A stretch of 64,000 bases of DNA from Candidatus Calescibacterium sp. (GCA_025059235.1 JANXCV010000004.1:77438-141437); one strand, 5' to 3'. Numbered from the stretch's first letter, positions 8,793-18,954 are shown. The notes: a model not told the origin generated them from the letters alone. Program-made: numbers and translations.

Positions 8793-10206
8793 CCAAGAAA
8801 AGATAACTATATACCCAGTTACTAGAATAGAAGGGCACGCAAAAATAACTATTCATCTTGATGAAAAAAAGAAGATAAGTAAAGTTCTCTTTCATGTCGA
8901 TCAATTCAGAGGCTTTGAAAAATTTATTGAAGGAAGATATTTTGAGGAAGCCCCAATAATAACTGCTAAAATATGTGGTATATGTCCTGTGAGTCATATC
9001 TTGGGTGCTGTTAAAGCAGGAGATATGATCATGAACGTTCAGATACCGTATACAGCAAAACTTCTTAGAATGCTTGCTCACTTGGGTCAAATTATTCAAT
9101 CACACTGTCTACACTTTTTCTATTTAGCTTCGCCAGATTTGTTGTTAGGATGGAATGCTGATCCCGCTATAAGAAATGTAGCCGGATTAGTCGAAAAGTA
9201 TCCCGATTTTGCAATGAAGGGAATAAAACTTAGAAAATTTGGACAAACTATAATTGAGTACGTAGGCGGAGCTAGAATAAATCCCAAAAATTTCATACCG
9301 GGAGGCATTGCAGCACCTCTCGACCCCAAACACCGCGACATAATTATATTTCAAATAGACGAAATGATATCTTATTGTCTTGAAGGACTGGAGTTTATAA
9401 AACACTATATCGAGAAGAATAAACTTTTTGTTGAAAGGTATGCAAATTTTAAAACAAACTTCCTAGGATTAGTAAATGATGGAAATTGGGAAGTATACGA
9501 TGGGAAAATAAAAGTCATAGATCAAAATGGAAATCTATTGTACCATTTCGATTCTGTAGATTATAATTCTTATATCGCAGAGTACATAGAGGATTGGAGT
9601 TATCTAAAGTTTCCATTTTTGAAAAAGCTTGGCTATCCTGAAGGTGTATACAGGGTCGGTCCCTTGGCTAGGTTGAATGTTTCTGATAGGCTTCCAACCC
9701 CGTTAGCCGAGCGAGAATTTATGATATTCAAACAAATAGGTAATCCTATTCATGAATCATTTTACTATCATTATGCTAGAATGATAGAGGTATTGCATTC
9801 GCTGGAAAGGGTTAGAGAAATTCTTCTGGATCCTGAAATCCTTAGCAAGGACGTTTTCGTGAAAGGTAGGGTGGAAAACGAGCAAGGTATTGGTATCATA
9901 GAGGCTCCGAGGGGAACCCTGATACATCACTATTGGGTTGACGAAAAAGGAAAAATTACTAAGTGTAATATGATAGTTGCTTCAGGTAACAACAACTGGG
10001 CTATGTCTAAAGCAGCAGAATTGATAGCTAGAGAATTCCTTGATCCAGAAGATATAAAAGAGGAGCAATTGAATCTGATTGAAGGTGGTATAAGGTGTTA
10101 TGATCCTTGTTTATCCTGTTCTACCCACGCTATCGGTCAAATGCCTATAAGGATAGAGGTTTATGATCACAAGAGTCAGTTACTCAATGTTTTTCAAAGA
10201 GAATGA
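8785..10206 (+). CDS. hoxH: [NiFe]-hydrogenase large subunit, HoxH-like (group 3)
   Basis: RIEGH, L1 KICGICPVSH, EAPRGTLIHHY, L2 DPCLSCSTH followed by a cleavable tail. Confidence 0.9.
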   Translation: MTNQEKITIYPVTRIEGHAKITIHLDEKKKISKVLFHVDQFRGFEKFIEGRYFEEAPIITAKICGICPVSHILGAVKAGDMIMNVQIPYTAKLLRMLAHLGQIIQSHCLHFFYLASPDLLLGWNADPAIRNVAGLVEKYPDFAMKGIKLRKFGQTIIEYVGGARINPKNFIPGGIAAPLDPKHRDIIIFQIDEMISYCLEGLEFIKHYIEKNKLFVERYANFKTNFLGLVNDGNWEVYDGKIKVIDQNGNLLYHFDSVDYNSYIAEYIEDWSYLKFPFLKKLGYPEGVYRVGPLARLNVSDRLPTPLAEREFMIFKQIGNPIHESFYYHYARMIEVLHSLERVREILLDPEILSKDVFVKGRVENEQGIGIIEAPRGTLIHHYWVDEKGKITKCNMIVASGNNNWAMSKAAELIAREFLDPEDIKEEQLNLIEGGIRCYDPCLSCSTHAIGQMPIRIEVYDHKSQLLNVFQRE

Positions 10207-10670
10207 GAATAGCTGTTATTGGCATTGGGAATGATTTACGTGGTGATGATGGTGTAGGTCCTGAGTTCGTCAGAACTTTGAAAGAAAACAACATACACAA
10301 GATAATCTCACACTTTCCCGATTTATCTTTAGCCGAATTAATCAAAGACTACGACCTGGTTATTTTTGTTGATGTTTCTATCAATAGTAATAAAGTAGAA
10401 ATAGAGGAGATAAACCAACCAAAAACATACACTCTTTCTCATCATTTTTCGATTGAAAATGTTTTTTGGGTCTGCAAAAAAATGTATAATCATAATCTAA
10501 AGGGGTATATCCTGAAGATACCAGGATATGATTTTGGTTACAAAAAAACTATAAGTCAAGAAGCTAAAAAGAATATGGAACAAGCAATAAAAGTTCTTGA
10601 ACTTTTTATCCAAAACTTCTACTTGCAGAGAGGTGATAAAGGTGGCAGAGAGGAGAATTTTTGTGGATAA
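10203..10670 (+). CDS. Hydrogenase maturation protease
   Basis: GIGNDLRGDDGVG, FVD and LSHH motifs; directly after the large subunit. Confidence 0.9.
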   Translation: MRIAVIGIGNDLRGDDGVGPEFVRTLKENNIHKIISHFPDLSLAELIKDYDLVIFVDVSINSNKVEIEEINQPKTYTLSHHFSIENVFWVCKKMYNHNLKGYILKIPGYDFGYKKTISQEAKKNMEQAIKVLELFIQNFYLQRGDKGGREENFCG

Positions 10671-12579
10671 GCCTATTTGTAAGGACTGCTTGAATGAAAT
10701 GCTTACACAAACGAGCAGAAGGTATTTTTACCCGTTTATAGGTTGTAATAATTGTGGGTCATTTTTTTCTTCTTTGTATAGAGGTTCTGATGTGTATTTT
10801 AATCTTTGCACAGAGTGTAGAAGTGAATACAACGACGTCTCCTCTCCAAGAAAAGGTTACGAGTTTATTTCGTGTTGTATATGCGGACCTAAAGTCTTCC
10901 TAGTTGATAATCAAAGAAATGAGCTGGTTTTTTCAAGTTATGCAGATTTGTTTAGGAAAGTTTGCGATTTTATTCTACAAGGGGAAGTTCTGATTTTAAA
11001 AACTTCGAATATCTTTTACTTGATTTGTGATGCTACAAATAGAGAAGCTTTAGATAATTTAAGAAAGATTAAAAAAACTTTTAAACCTTTACCCGTTATG
11101 TTTAAAGATAAAGAAATGTTATCTAAGTATGTTAGAACAAGGGAAGATTTTAAAGAGAGTTTTGATATAAGAATTCTTGAGGTGGATGAGGTTTCCTTGC
11201 CATCGGAAATAGGTTTTGATCGATATTTAGGTGTTTCTATTGCTTCTGATCCCTTCTTTGTCTTATTGTTTGAGTTTTTAGATAGACCAATAGTATATAC
11301 AAGCGCTAACATTTCTTCTGAGAGCCCATATATTTCAAATAATGAGATATTCGAAAAGTTTTCTGATAAGGTTAAGTATTTTGTTCTGAATAATTTTGAT
11401 ATAAAAACCATCCAGGATTTTTCAATAGTTTATAATTCTCTAGGAGTTTGTATTAGGAGAGGAATTGGTAGGGTGGGGCAGATAATAGAAACAGACTATA
11501 ATTTTAGAGATTGTATTTGTCTTGGTCCTGAATTGGAAAGCTCTGTAACTGTTTGCTCAAAAAATAGAATATTTATTTCCTCTCGATTAGGGCATTTGAT
11601 AAATGAACATGTATTTAAGAATTATGAGAAACTTATAGATGATATGTTGTATTTATTTAGTTTAGAGCCTGAAGTTGTTGTGTCTGATCTACATCCTTAC
11701 TATTTGTCTACTGAGCTAGGTAGAAATCTATCAAACTCTAAGAGAATAGAATTCGTACAAGTTCAGCATCATAAGGCACATGTATATTCTTTGATCCTCG
11801 ACAGACAAATACAGGGGAAAATTATTGGATTTTCTTTTGATGGAACAGGTTATGGCGAAGATGGAAAAATATGGGGCGGAGAAGTATTCGTGGGAGACTT
11901 TTATAATCTCGACAGGGTAGCTCACTTTAAGTATATACCAATAGTAGCCGGTGATAGTGCTATAGAAAATCCTATACTTATTGCTTTGTCCTTCGTCTGT
12001 AAATTTTTACCAGATAGAATAGATCTGTTTAGACAAATGAACAAGTTACAACTAGATATAGTCACTAGACAAATTCAGACAGATACAAACGTATATTACA
12101 CTTCTTCGGTTGGTAGGTTGTTTGATATTGCTGCAGTTTTGTTAAAGGTAAGAGGAGATCAGAAGATAGCTTTTTCTGGTCAGGCTGCTATAGAACTTGA
12201 AAAACTAGCTACACGATCAAACGTCTCTGGTTATCTACCTTTCGAAATATTCCTTGAAAACAGTACTTTAAATATAGATCTCTTGAATGCTTTTAGATAT
12301 ATTCTAGATAGGAGAGACTTTGAAAATTACACTGATATTGCCAGAAAATTTCACAATACCATAGTCCAAGCAATGTACAAAGTAGCAATTCTAGTCAGAG
12401 ATAAGTACGGGATTAATAAGGTAGGTTTCTCGGGAGGAGTTTTTCAAAACAAAATACTCTGTCATGAAATATTAAAAGTTTTTCATGACTTTGAAGTTTA
12501 TTTTCATAGAGATATTCCCCCAAATGATAGCGGTATATCTCTAGGACAGCTACAGGGAGCATTAATAGGAGGCAGATAG
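10642..12579 (+). CDS. hypF: Carbamoyltransferase HypF lacking the N-terminal acylphosphatase domain
   Basis: Zinc fingers CKDC/CNNC/CTEC/CCIC, DLHPYY, QHHKAH, DGTGYGEDGKIWGGE and PPNDSGISLGQ. GTG at 10642 follows an AGAGGTG RBS; the track start 10597 is probably too far upstream. Confidence 0.88.
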   Translation: MAERRIFVDKPICKDCLNEMLTQTSRRYFYPFIGCNNCGSFFSSLYRGSDVYFNLCTECRSEYNDVSSPRKGYEFISCCICGPKVFLVDNQRNELVFSSYADLFRKVCDFILQGEVLILKTSNIFYLICDATNREALDNLRKIKKTFKPLPVMFKDKEMLSKYVRTREDFKESFDIRILEVDEVSLPSEIGFDRYLGVSIASDPFFVLLFEFLDRPIVYTSANISSESPYISNNEIFEKFSDKVKYFVLNNFDIKTIQDFSIVYNSLGVCIRRGIGRVGQIIETDYNFRDCICLGPELESSVTVCSKNRIFISSRLGHLINEHVFKNYEKLIDDMLYLFSLEPEVVVSDLHPYYLSTELGRNLSNSKRIEFVQVQHHKAHVYSLILDRQIQGKIIGFSFDGTGYGEDGKIWGGEVFVGDFYNLDRVAHFKYIPIVAGDSAIENPILIALSFVCKFLPDRIDLFRQMNKLQLDIVTRQIQTDTNVYYTSSVGRLFDIAAVLLKVRGDQKIAFSGQAAIELEKLATRSNVSGYLPFEIFLENSTLNIDLLNAFRYILDRRDFENYTDIARKFHNTIVQAMYKVAILVRDKYGINKVGFSGGVFQNKILCHEILKVFHDFEVYFHRDIPPNDSGISLGQLQGALIGGR

Positions 12580-12581
12580 GA

Positions 12582-12806
12582 ATGTGTCTCGGCGTACCTA
12601 TGAAAATCATACAAAAAAAAGACAACGAAACTGCAGTAGTTGATATGGGAAGTACTAAATTGGAGATATGTACTTTTCTAACACCTGAGGTAAAAGAAGG
12701 AGATTACGTTATCGTTCATGCTGGCTTCTCTATATCTATCCTCTCTGATGAAGAAGCAGAATATATACTAAAGACTATACAGGAAGGAGAAAGATCACCG
12801 ATTTAG
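12582..12806 (+). CDS. hypC: Hydrogenase assembly chaperone HypC
   Basis: MCLGVP N-terminus and GDYVIVHAGF. Confidence 0.95.
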   Translation: MCLGVPMKIIQKKDNETAVVDMGSTKLEICTFLTPEVKEGDYVIVHAGFSISILSDEEAEYILKTIQEGERSPI

Positions 12807-12835
12807 TAAGGTTGAACGTTAAGGAGGATATAGGT

Positions 12836-13939
12836 ATGACTAATCTAGCAATTACTAAGAAATTGACGAAAATAGGTAAGGAAGAAGTTAAATTTCTTAT
12901 AGAGCAGATACATAAGCTAGCTTCCGATAGGGAATACTGTATTATGGAATTTTGTGGTACTCACACTCACGAGATATCCAGGTATGGTATAAGAAGTATT
13001 TTACCCAAGACTTTGGATTTGAAGTCTGGACCTGGTTGTCCCGTTTGTGTCACTGCTGCAGAAGATATCGATTATCTCATTACTATTGCCGAGAAGTACG
13101 ATCTAGGTGTAATAACTTTCGGTGATATAGTGAATGTTCCTGGTTCCCGAGGGAGTTTAAGTTATCTCAGGGCCAGAGGAAAGGAAGTAAGGGTAGTATA
13201 TAGTCCTATAGAATCTTTGAAAATAGCAAAGCAAAACCCTACCAGAAATTATATTCTGGTGGGGATAGGTTTTGAGACTACTGTTCCTGGGCTTGCTTAT
13301 ACAGTAAAGAAAATAGTTCAGGAAGGCATAAAGAATCTGTTTTATTTTTCTTTACATAAGTTAACACCGCCTGCAATGAAGGCACTTTTGGACGCTGGTG
13401 AAATAAAACTAGACGGAATAATAGGTCCAGGGCATGTATCTACAGTTATTGGAATCAAAAAATGGCAGGAATTTATTGGTAATTATCAGATACCTTTTGT
13501 TATTATGGGTTTTGAACCGGAAGACATTATATACGGTATTTATATCTTAATGCAGAAGATCAAAAATAAAGAGTATGGAGTTTTTAACACTTATTTTAGG
13601 AGTGTAAGATTTGAAGGTAATGTTTTTGCTCAGAAGGTTGTTGATGAAGTTTTTGAGGTCTCTGATTCTAATTGGAGAGGTCTAGGAGTAATCCCACAAA
13701 GTGGCCTAGAATTAAGAAAAGAATATTCTCATTTGGATGTTAAAAAGATATTCAAATTGGATGAACCGATTAAGGTAAAAAAGACAGGGTGTAGGTGTGG
13801 TGAGGTTTTAAGAGGAGTTATAAAACCATACGAATGTCCCTTGTTTGAAAAAGTTTGTAGGCCTGATAACCCTAAGGGGCCATGTATGGTTTCTTCTGAA
13901 GGAACTTGCGCAGCTTACTATCTATACGAAAAAGAGTAA
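12836..13939 (+). CDS. hypD: Hydrogenase maturation protein HypD
   Basis: MEFCGTH, GPGCPVCV, GFETT, GPGHVS and GPCMVSSEGTCAAYY; ATG at 12836 follows AGGAGG. Confidence 0.95.
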   Translation: MTNLAITKKLTKIGKEEVKFLIEQIHKLASDREYCIMEFCGTHTHEISRYGIRSILPKTLDLKSGPGCPVCVTAAEDIDYLITIAEKYDLGVITFGDIVNVPGSRGSLSYLRARGKEVRVVYSPIESLKIAKQNPTRNYILVGIGFETTVPGLAYTVKKIVQEGIKNLFYFSLHKLTPPAMKALLDAGEIKLDGIIGPGHVSTVIGIKKWQEFIGNYQIPFVIMGFEPEDIIYGIYILMQKIKNKEYGVFNTYFRSVRFEGNVFAQKVVDEVFEVSDSNWRGLGVIPQSGLELRKEYSHLDVKKIFKLDEPIKVKKTGCRCGEVLRGVIKPYECPLFEKVCRPDNPKGPCMVSSEGTCAAYYLYEKE

Positions 13940-14021
13940 ATTTTAATCTCATTTCTTGGAAGTATCCTAATACTCAGGAATTCTACACATATTCTTCTTT
14001 TTCAAATTTTTTTAGATTTTA

Positions 14022-14330
14022 ATGTCAATTTTTACATTTTTTGACAAAAAAATAGGAAAAACTGCCGGGGCAATAATAGGAAGCGTAGCAGAGAGAAAAC
14101 AAATCAGTTCCCTACCTCCGGAAACAGTAGAGGTTAAGATTAAGGAGCCCATTTACGAAACAAAAGAAATAGATAAAATTCCCTAAAGATCAATATGTTC
14201 CAAGATGGAATTCGGGTTTGGTAAACACTAATCCTAGATAGGGTAAGTCAATTATTAGATATGATACTAGAGAGCCAAAGGAGCCCGTTTTTAAGAGATA
14301 TACCCAAATGTAGAATTTTCAATGTGACCT
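14022..14330 (+). pseudogene. Decayed gene fragment of unknown family
   Basis: 54-codon ORF 14022-14186 (MSIFTFFDKKIGKTAGAIIGSVAERKQ...EPIYETKEIDKIP). After a frameshift it continues as protein-like KDQYVPRWNSGLVNTNPR*GKSIIRYDTREPKEPVFK. Confidence 0.35.
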
Positions 14331-14737
14331 CGTAAAAAAAGGATTTTTTTCGAAATGACGGTTGGAGCTTTTGTAGTTGGATTAGTAAGCTGTGTAGTAG
14401 GAGTATACATACAGAAAAGATATTGCAACAACTCATTTATCATTTAATACTAAACTAAAAGAAGTATAAAGAACCTGTTTTATCAGTTTCTAAAGATATA
14501 TTCAAACATTATAAACCAACCAGATGAACCCAGATGTAAAATTGGATTTTCATTCACCATCATAAGTTAGGTCTAAAAGGAATACAAAACTGATTGGGCA
14601 AGAAAAGTAAGAAGGGTTTTAGTTTTGCTGATAGTAATTAGTGGCAATATTTTTCATGGATCAAAAGAATCGGGAATCCGGAAATAAGGATACTAAAATT
14701 CTGTAGTCATCCTTACTATCGGTGATCATATAAGGAT

Positions 14738-15400
14738 TTGATAGTGTTGAGGCTAAATTTTGACAGTAGTTTGGATAGCAGTTTTGGCGATGAAGGTGGA
14801 GTTGTTTTTCAATAGCATCGCAGAGCTTAATTATGAAAAATGAGGTAATTAGAATCAGATCAAAGTGCGAGAGTATATGCTACTTGAGAAGGCTAAAGAT
14901 GGAGATCTATCAGTAAGGGCACCTCTTTCGCCATTAGAAGTAAAGTTTTACTTATCAAAGGTTGACATCCTTGAGTTAATAGTATAATTTACAAAAACAA
15001 GAAGTAATGAATTAGGTAAGGATTATAGTATCGAAACTAGACGAGAATGGTAGTTTTGATAGGAGCTCTAGTAGAGATGTTATATGGTATTAGACATGAA
15101 CGTTGGTGATCAAGTCGAAGTTATTCTTGATTAACAATCTAGTTTCTAACAGACATGATTTAAATTAATCACATTGGATCAACAAGAAAAGATTTATGTC
15201 TGGCTATGACTTTCTATCTATTGATAAGGTTATAACGGGAATGCTAAATTAGACAGTAGTTTCAGTAATCAAGTTAAAGTCGTATTTGATAATATTGAAA
15301 GTATTGACACTGGTATTGGCTTTTTAATAGTTATAGACTGGAATTAATTCTGACGGTTTATAAACCTCTATAGTTTTAGAAATGGATACTTTATGATACT
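14738..15400 (+). pseudogene. Remnant of a delta-60 (DUF5122-like) repeat beta-propeller gene
   Basis: Three interrupted repeats: IVLRLNFDSSLDSSFGDEGGVVF (14741), IIVSKLDENGSFD (15022), and ITLDQQEKIYV...LDSSFSNQVKVVFDNI (15168-15296), separated by stops and frameshifts. Confidence 0.6.
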
Positions 15401-16059
15401 TTATGGGTTGGAAAGTTGGCTAAAAATCATTTATGATCCGGTAGTACTCAAGATACCAAAATGAAAAATAATACTTGTTGAGATAATGTATCATATTGAA
15501 CAAAAAATTATTACCATAGAAATTATTACAATGTTGACAGAACTTGTTTCATATAAAGACTATGATAACATCTGGTGTGTTTTGAAACCAAAAAGAGAGC
15601 TGTTTCATGGCTTTCCCTTGAAAACAATTGGGATTGCTAAAATTCATATCCTATTTTAATACTTATTAGAGTGTCTAGAACATATCGGTGAAAGTAGTCT
15701 TGGCTTATCTGAAAGAAAACTAACGTAGAGAAATCTCAATTGAGTGCACAAGTAAGATAAAAAAGGATTTCCTATCAAAGTTCTTGTTATTTTTTGATTA
15801 TGTTGTTGATAACATATCTGTGAATATGATGCAGTAAATAGAGTTTATATCTTTATTAGAGCTTCTACTCCTGTAGAAATTTATAAAAGTTCTCTTAGTT
15901 ATCATTTTTTCAGCATTTTTGTTAGTAGCATTTATTGATAAAAGTTCAGAATTAAATTATAGAATAGAATTAAATTGTTTTGAGTTTTGATTGTGTTGCT
16001 TTAGGTGTTACTGGTTATCTGGGTGATAGATTTAGTTCTTGCATAGAATAAGCTTGGAG

Positions 16060-16950
16060 CTAATCGATTATCATCCATACTCCGTATCTTAGTGTGGGTT
16101 GGATTTTGTTTACGATATTAGAACCTAGTAACCTCTCGAGAGGACTTCTTCTGTAAAGCTTTATCTCAACAAATTTTATATCTTTATCTTTCAGGATCTG
16201 TTTTATTTTTTCTTTGGCATTCTGTAAGACTCCGACTTCATCTACAAGCCCGTATTTCATAGCTGTGTATGATGAAAAGACTCTTCCGTCTGCTATTTCA
16301 TAGAGTTCCTTTATTTGTTGAGTAGTTTTTAAGTTTCTATTTTCTGCAACATCTCTTACAAATTGGTAATAATATTCCATGACGAGGTTTTGAAGATATT
16401 CGATTTGATCTTTTTGTAATGGTTTGAATGGGCTCAAAGAGTCTTTATATTTTCCACTTTTTATATTGATTACTTGTATTCCTATTTTGTCCATAGCTTT
16501 GTATATTTGTGGGACTGAAATTATTACTCCTATGCTTCCCACTATAGCTTGAGGATTAGAAACTATATAACTTGAGGCAGATGATATATAATAAGCACCT
16601 GAAGCACCAAGGTTTTGAATATAAGTGACAACAGGTTTCTTTTTCTTGATAGATCTTATTTTGTATGTTACTTCTAGGCTAGGAGCTGCCATTCCACCTG
16701 GACTATCTACTATTAACAATAAAGCCTTATACTTATTATTTTTCTCTATGTTATCCAGAGCGGATAATACCTGAGTGGTATCTATCGTTCCTTCCTCTCC
16801 TTCATAATTAACTATTATTCCCTGTAATCTCAATACAGCGACTAGATTTCCATTTTCATTTCCTCTAGCCAAAAAAATCAAAAACAAGATGATGGAACAG
16901 GATATTAACACGGTAAAAACAAGTAAAAAGAAAGTTTTTATCAATTTCAT
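16060..16950 (-). CDS. sppA: Signal peptide peptidase SppA (36K type)
   Basis: DSPGG, GASGAYYIS, IVGSIGV and KSGKYKD motifs; N-terminal anchor. Confidence 0.92.
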   Translation of the reverse strand: MKLIKTFFLLVFTVLISCSIILFLIFLARGNENGNLVAVLRLQGIIVNYEGEEGTIDTTQVLSALDNIEKNNKYKALLLIVDSPGGMAAPSLEVTYKIRSIKKKKPVVTYIQNLGASGAYYISSASSYIVSNPQAIVGSIGVIISVPQIYKAMDKIGIQVINIKSGKYKDSLSPFKPLQKDQIEYLQNLVMEYYYQFVRDVAENRNLKTTQQIKELYEIADGRVFSSYTAMKYGLVDEVGVLQNAKEKIKQILKDKDIKFVEIKLYRRSPLERLLGSNIVNKIQPTLRYGVWMIID

Positions 16951-16966
16951 TTCTTCACCTCCGAAA

Positions 16967-18145
16967 CTAGTTTACAAACGTTTTTACATCTAATTTCATA
17001 TTCAGTATTTGTTCAAGTTCTTTTATTATTCTACCCTTTTTCCCGATTATGTCTTTTTTATGTTTTTCATTTACCCAGATTATTGCGTATCTAGGATTAA
17101 TAAGATCGATTTTAAACTTTTTGTTTCCTAGAAAAGCTTTTATATTTTCTTCTAATTTTTTGATTATTTTTTCGTTGTTTTTTTGAATGTTTTGTGCTAT
17201 TGGTACAATTATTGTTTGTTCTCCGAAGGTGTATATTTCATACTCTAGAGTATTATCTAGGAAGTTTCTTACTTCTACGACTGGTCTGGCTAGTCCAGGA
17301 TCTACCATACCCTCAGGCACTTTAACCAAGATATTTAATGCTAATACTTTAGATATTTTTCCCTTATCGACAAAAATCACTGTATCTATTACAGAAGGAA
17401 TAATTCCCAATTCTATTCTGTGTACGAATCTTTGGATTGCTGCAAATGGGGAGGTTGAATGGACCACACCTACCATTCCTACTCCTGCTAACCTAAGATC
17501 TATATATAGATTAAAATCCTCATCATTTCTCATTTCATCAAATATAACATAATCAGGTCTTGAAAGTAACAATATGTCGTATATCTCTGATATATTAGCG
17601 TAGTTCTTAGAGTACTGAGCTATATCTGCTTCAACATATAGATCTCTAGGTGATTCTAGAGTTTTTACTATTTTTTTGTTATTTGCGAAATATTCTGTTA
17701 ATGCTTGGGCGAAGGTGGTTTTTCCTTGTCCTGGAGCACCAGCTATTAATAATCCTTCAACTTTTGCATCTATACGATCTTTCAATTTTTCTAGGAATTC
17801 CTCTCCATGCTCTTTAAATTCCTTCCAGTAATCCTCTAATGATAATCTTTTTATAGGCTTTACTATCGTTATTTCTGTGCTATCGGATACTGGAGGTTGA
17901 ACTATAACTATTCTATATCTATCTAGCTGTACTACTTTTGTATATGGTCTTTCTATTTCCACTACTGCTTTTGGAGAATTGAGAATTTCTTGTATTAATT
18001 GATTGGTTTCTTCTTGGGAAAAATTTGTATTTTCTTTTATGAGACTCCAATTTCCTGGTGTTCCAACTTTTTTTAGCAGATATTTATCTGCTTTTATATG
18101 TACACTTGTAGTTAATCCTTCAAATAATTTTTCAAGAATACCCAT
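16967..18145 (-). CDS. PINA-like (COG1855-type) ATPase with KH domain, lacking the PIN domain
   Basis: SVHIK..KVGTPG, Walker A GAPGQGKTT, TLESPRDL, LLLSRPDY..FDEMR, DLRLAGVGMVGVVH, AIQRF, and C-terminal IIGKKGRII KH motif. Confidence 0.8.
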   Translation of the reverse strand: MGILEKLFEGLTTSVHIKADKYLLKKVGTPGNWSLIKENTNFSQEETNQLIQEILNSPKAVVEIERPYTKVVQLDRYRIVIVQPPVSDSTEITIVKPIKRLSLEDYWKEFKEHGEEFLEKLKDRIDAKVEGLLIAGAPGQGKTTFAQALTEYFANNKKIVKTLESPRDLYVEADIAQYSKNYANISEIYDILLLSRPDYVIFDEMRNDEDFNLYIDLRLAGVGMVGVVHSTSPFAAIQRFVHRIELGIIPSVIDTVIFVDKGKISKVLALNILVKVPEGMVDPGLARPVVEVRNFLDNTLEYEIYTFGEQTIIVPIAQNIQKNNEKIIKKLEENIKAFLGNKKFKIDLINPRYAIIWVNEKHKKDIIGKKGRIIKELEQILNMKLDVKTFVN

Positions 18146-18147
18146 CC

Positions 18148-18954
18148 CTACAATTCTTTCTTACTGAATATCAGATTGCATAGACTCAGGAAAAAGATTA
18201 TATAGCAGATCCCGTAGATAAATGCGAAGAATACATACCAAGGATTAATCGGAGTTCCTGCCGCAAATACGACACCTTGTGTTATATTCAAGTAGTCAAA
18301 GTACGGGAGGAATAATTTGGTGTACAGAAGTATTTTTTGTAGTATTCCTTCTGATATCGTAGAAACATACAATACTGATAATTCGCAAAATGTATAGAAT
18401 AATAACGTAAGGGTTATATTAACTGGTGAGGAGACGAAGATTGATAGTAGCATACAAAAAGCAAGAATTATCATAGATTTTATTAGTTGTAAACCTAAAG
18501 CAGCAAAAATAATAAGCACTAATTTTTTTGTGTAAAAATAAACAATGAGAAAACATTCTATACTGAATAGGAGATAGGCAAAAAAGAGGAAAAAAGATGT
18601 TCCTAGAAACTTACCGACGAAGTATTCATCTCTCGAAATGGGCTTACTTAAAAAAGTATAGACTATTCTTCTTTCGATTTCATGAGCTATGTTTGATATT
18701 CCCAAGCTTATAGCAAGAATAAGTAGAAATATTCCTATTAGCGTTAACGATATGTCATAAAATACTCTTTCTTGGAATCTCATTCCAAAAAAGTTAAAAC
18801 TTGAACTTATTCCCACAAATACTAATCCTAGAAAGACTATTGTATGCGGAAGAAATCTTCTGAATTCAAAGTCTATGGTGTACTTTGCTATAGCTATAGT
18901 TTTGCCTAATTTATTCAACATAATCTCGGTCTTTATAATTTTCTTCGATCCCAT
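18148..18954 (-). CDS. ABC-2-type transporter permease
   Basis: EIERRIVYTFLSKPISRDEYFVGKFLG and about 6 TM segments; ATG at 18954 follows AGGAGG (the track start 19248 overlaps uppP). Confidence 0.75.
   Translation of the reverse strand: MGSKKIIKTEIMLNKLGKTIAIAKYTIDFEFRRFLPHTIVFLGLVFVGISSSFNFFGMRFQERVFYDISLTLIGIFLLILAISLGISNIAHEIERRIVYTFLSKPISRDEYFVGKFLGTSFFLFFAYLLFSIECFLIVYFYTKKLVLIIFAALGLQLIKSMIILAFCMLLSIFVSSPVNITLTLLFYTFCELSVLYVSTISEGILQKILLYTKLFLPYFDYLNITQGVVFAAGTPINPWYVFFAFIYGICYIIFFLSLCNLIFSKKEL

Noticed and set aside
8785-10206. Selenocysteine ([NiFeSe]) hydrogenase
   Set aside because: The L2 motif is DPCLSC with TGT codons and there is no in-frame TGA.
14962-14988. Perfect TTGACA and TATAAT hexamers
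   Set aside because: The spacer is only 15 nt, the site lies inside decayed coding DNA, and no intact gene follows.
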